A stretch of 27,998 nucleotides of DNA from a virus (lineage: Duplodnaviria; Heunggongvirae; Uroviricota; Caudoviricetes). Under the pieces are notes generated by a model. That model searched no databases. It was not told the DNA's origin and saw nothing but the letters and a program-made list of their open reading frames with translations. Both the position numbers and the translations under genes were made by a program. Below, one piece after another: positions 27,415-27,998 of this stretch (position 1 is the first letter of the stretch; the number at the start of each line of letters is the position of its first letter). The stretch lies in IMG/VR virus record IMGVR_UViG_640753024_000003, positions 1-27,998 of that record. One strand, given 5' to 3'.

Positions 27415-27998
27415 TGGCATTCAGAATGAGTGAACAACCACGGACCATAAAAATTTATAATCTGCTGGCCGGAACTAATGAATTTATTGGTGAAGGTGAC
27501 GCATATATTCCGCCTCATACAGGTCTGCCAGCAAACAGTACCGATATTGCACCGCCAGATATTCCGGCTGGCTTTGTGGCTGTTTTCAACAGTGATGAGG
27601 CATCGTGGCATCTCGTTGAAGATCATCGGGGAAAAACCGTCTATGACGTGGCTTCCGGCGACGCGTTATTTATTTCTGAACTTGGCTCGTTACCGGAAAA
27701 TGTCACCTGGTTATCGCCGGAAGGGGAATATCAGAAGTGGAACGGCACAGCCTGGGTGAAGGATACGGAAGCAGAAAAACTATTCCGGATCCGGGAGGCG
27801 GAAGAAACAAAAAACAGCCTGATGCAGGTAGCCAGTGAGCATATAGCGCCACTTCAGGATGCTGTAGATCTGGAGATCGCAACGGAGGAAGAAACCTCAT
27901 TGCTGGAAGCCTGGAAAAAATATCGGGTGTTGCTGAACCGTGTTAATACAACAACTGCACCGGATATTGAATGGCCAACAGTACCCATTATCGAATAG
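27414..27998 (+). CDS. tfa: Tail fibre assembly chaperone Tfa
   Basis: 194-aa [94 protein letters not shown]..., recognised as lambda Tfa; ATAATG overlap with stf stop; ends with TAG at 27996-27998. Confidence 0.9.
   Translation: MAFRMSEQPRTIKIYNLLAGTNEFIGEGDAYIPPHTGLPANSTDIAPPDIPAGFVAVFNSDEASWHLVEDHRGKTVYDVASGDALFISELGSLPENVTWLSPEGEYQKWNGTAWVKDTEAEKLFRIREAEETKNSLMQVASEHIAPLQDAVDLEIATEEETSLLEAWKKYRVLLNRVNTTTAPDIEWPTVPIIE

Larger units (their letters stand above)
1331..27998. mobile_element. Lambdoid prophage, defective and mosaic; right end and attR lie beyond the window
   Basis: attL followed by int, xis, exo, bet, gam, cI, cro, O, P, ren, nin-type genes, Q, lysis cassette, cos, nu1, truncated A, stf fragment and tfa in canonical prophage order. 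Confidence 0.9.

Noticed and set aside
1-27998. tRNA or rRNA genes and an attR site
   Set aside because: No tRNA-like cloverleaf or rRNA sequence recognised; the window ends at the tfa stop codon, so the right prophage boundary is outside the window

Overview
This window is the left ~26.7 kb of a defective, mosaic lambdoid prophage integrated at the lambda attachment site of an Escherichia coli-type chromosome; all calls come from reading the sequence and ORF translations, with no database search run. Layout: host ybhC (1-1284, minus), attL core GCTTTTTTATACTAA (1331-1345), then lambda-type int, xis and the exo-xis block, exo/bet/gam, a non-lambda immunity region (cI and cro with their own operators, no recognisable N gene), a CP76-type cII-like gene, an O gene containing ori iterons, lambda P and ren, a DLP12-like cargo/nin block (emrE, a serine recombinase with an in-frame TGA, ylcH, ybcN, ninE, ybcO, rusA, ylcG, a Q-family antiterminator), an antisense porin gene, a phage-21-type lysis cassette, a KilA-N gene, cos, nu1, a terminase A gene truncated and fused to the 3' end of a side-tail-fibre gene, and tfa. 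An IS66-family element (13648-16089) with a perfect 8-bp target duplication is inserted in the cargo region. The prophage lacks all head and tail-shaft genes, so it cannot form virions. The strongest candidates for something undescribed are a 260-aa HNH-motif protein (16435-17217) in the variable cargo slot, an AT-rich membrane-protein moron in the exo-xis region (3135-3737), and the N-less pL region, which carries an arginine-rich peptide separated by an in-frame TAG from the downstream ORF.
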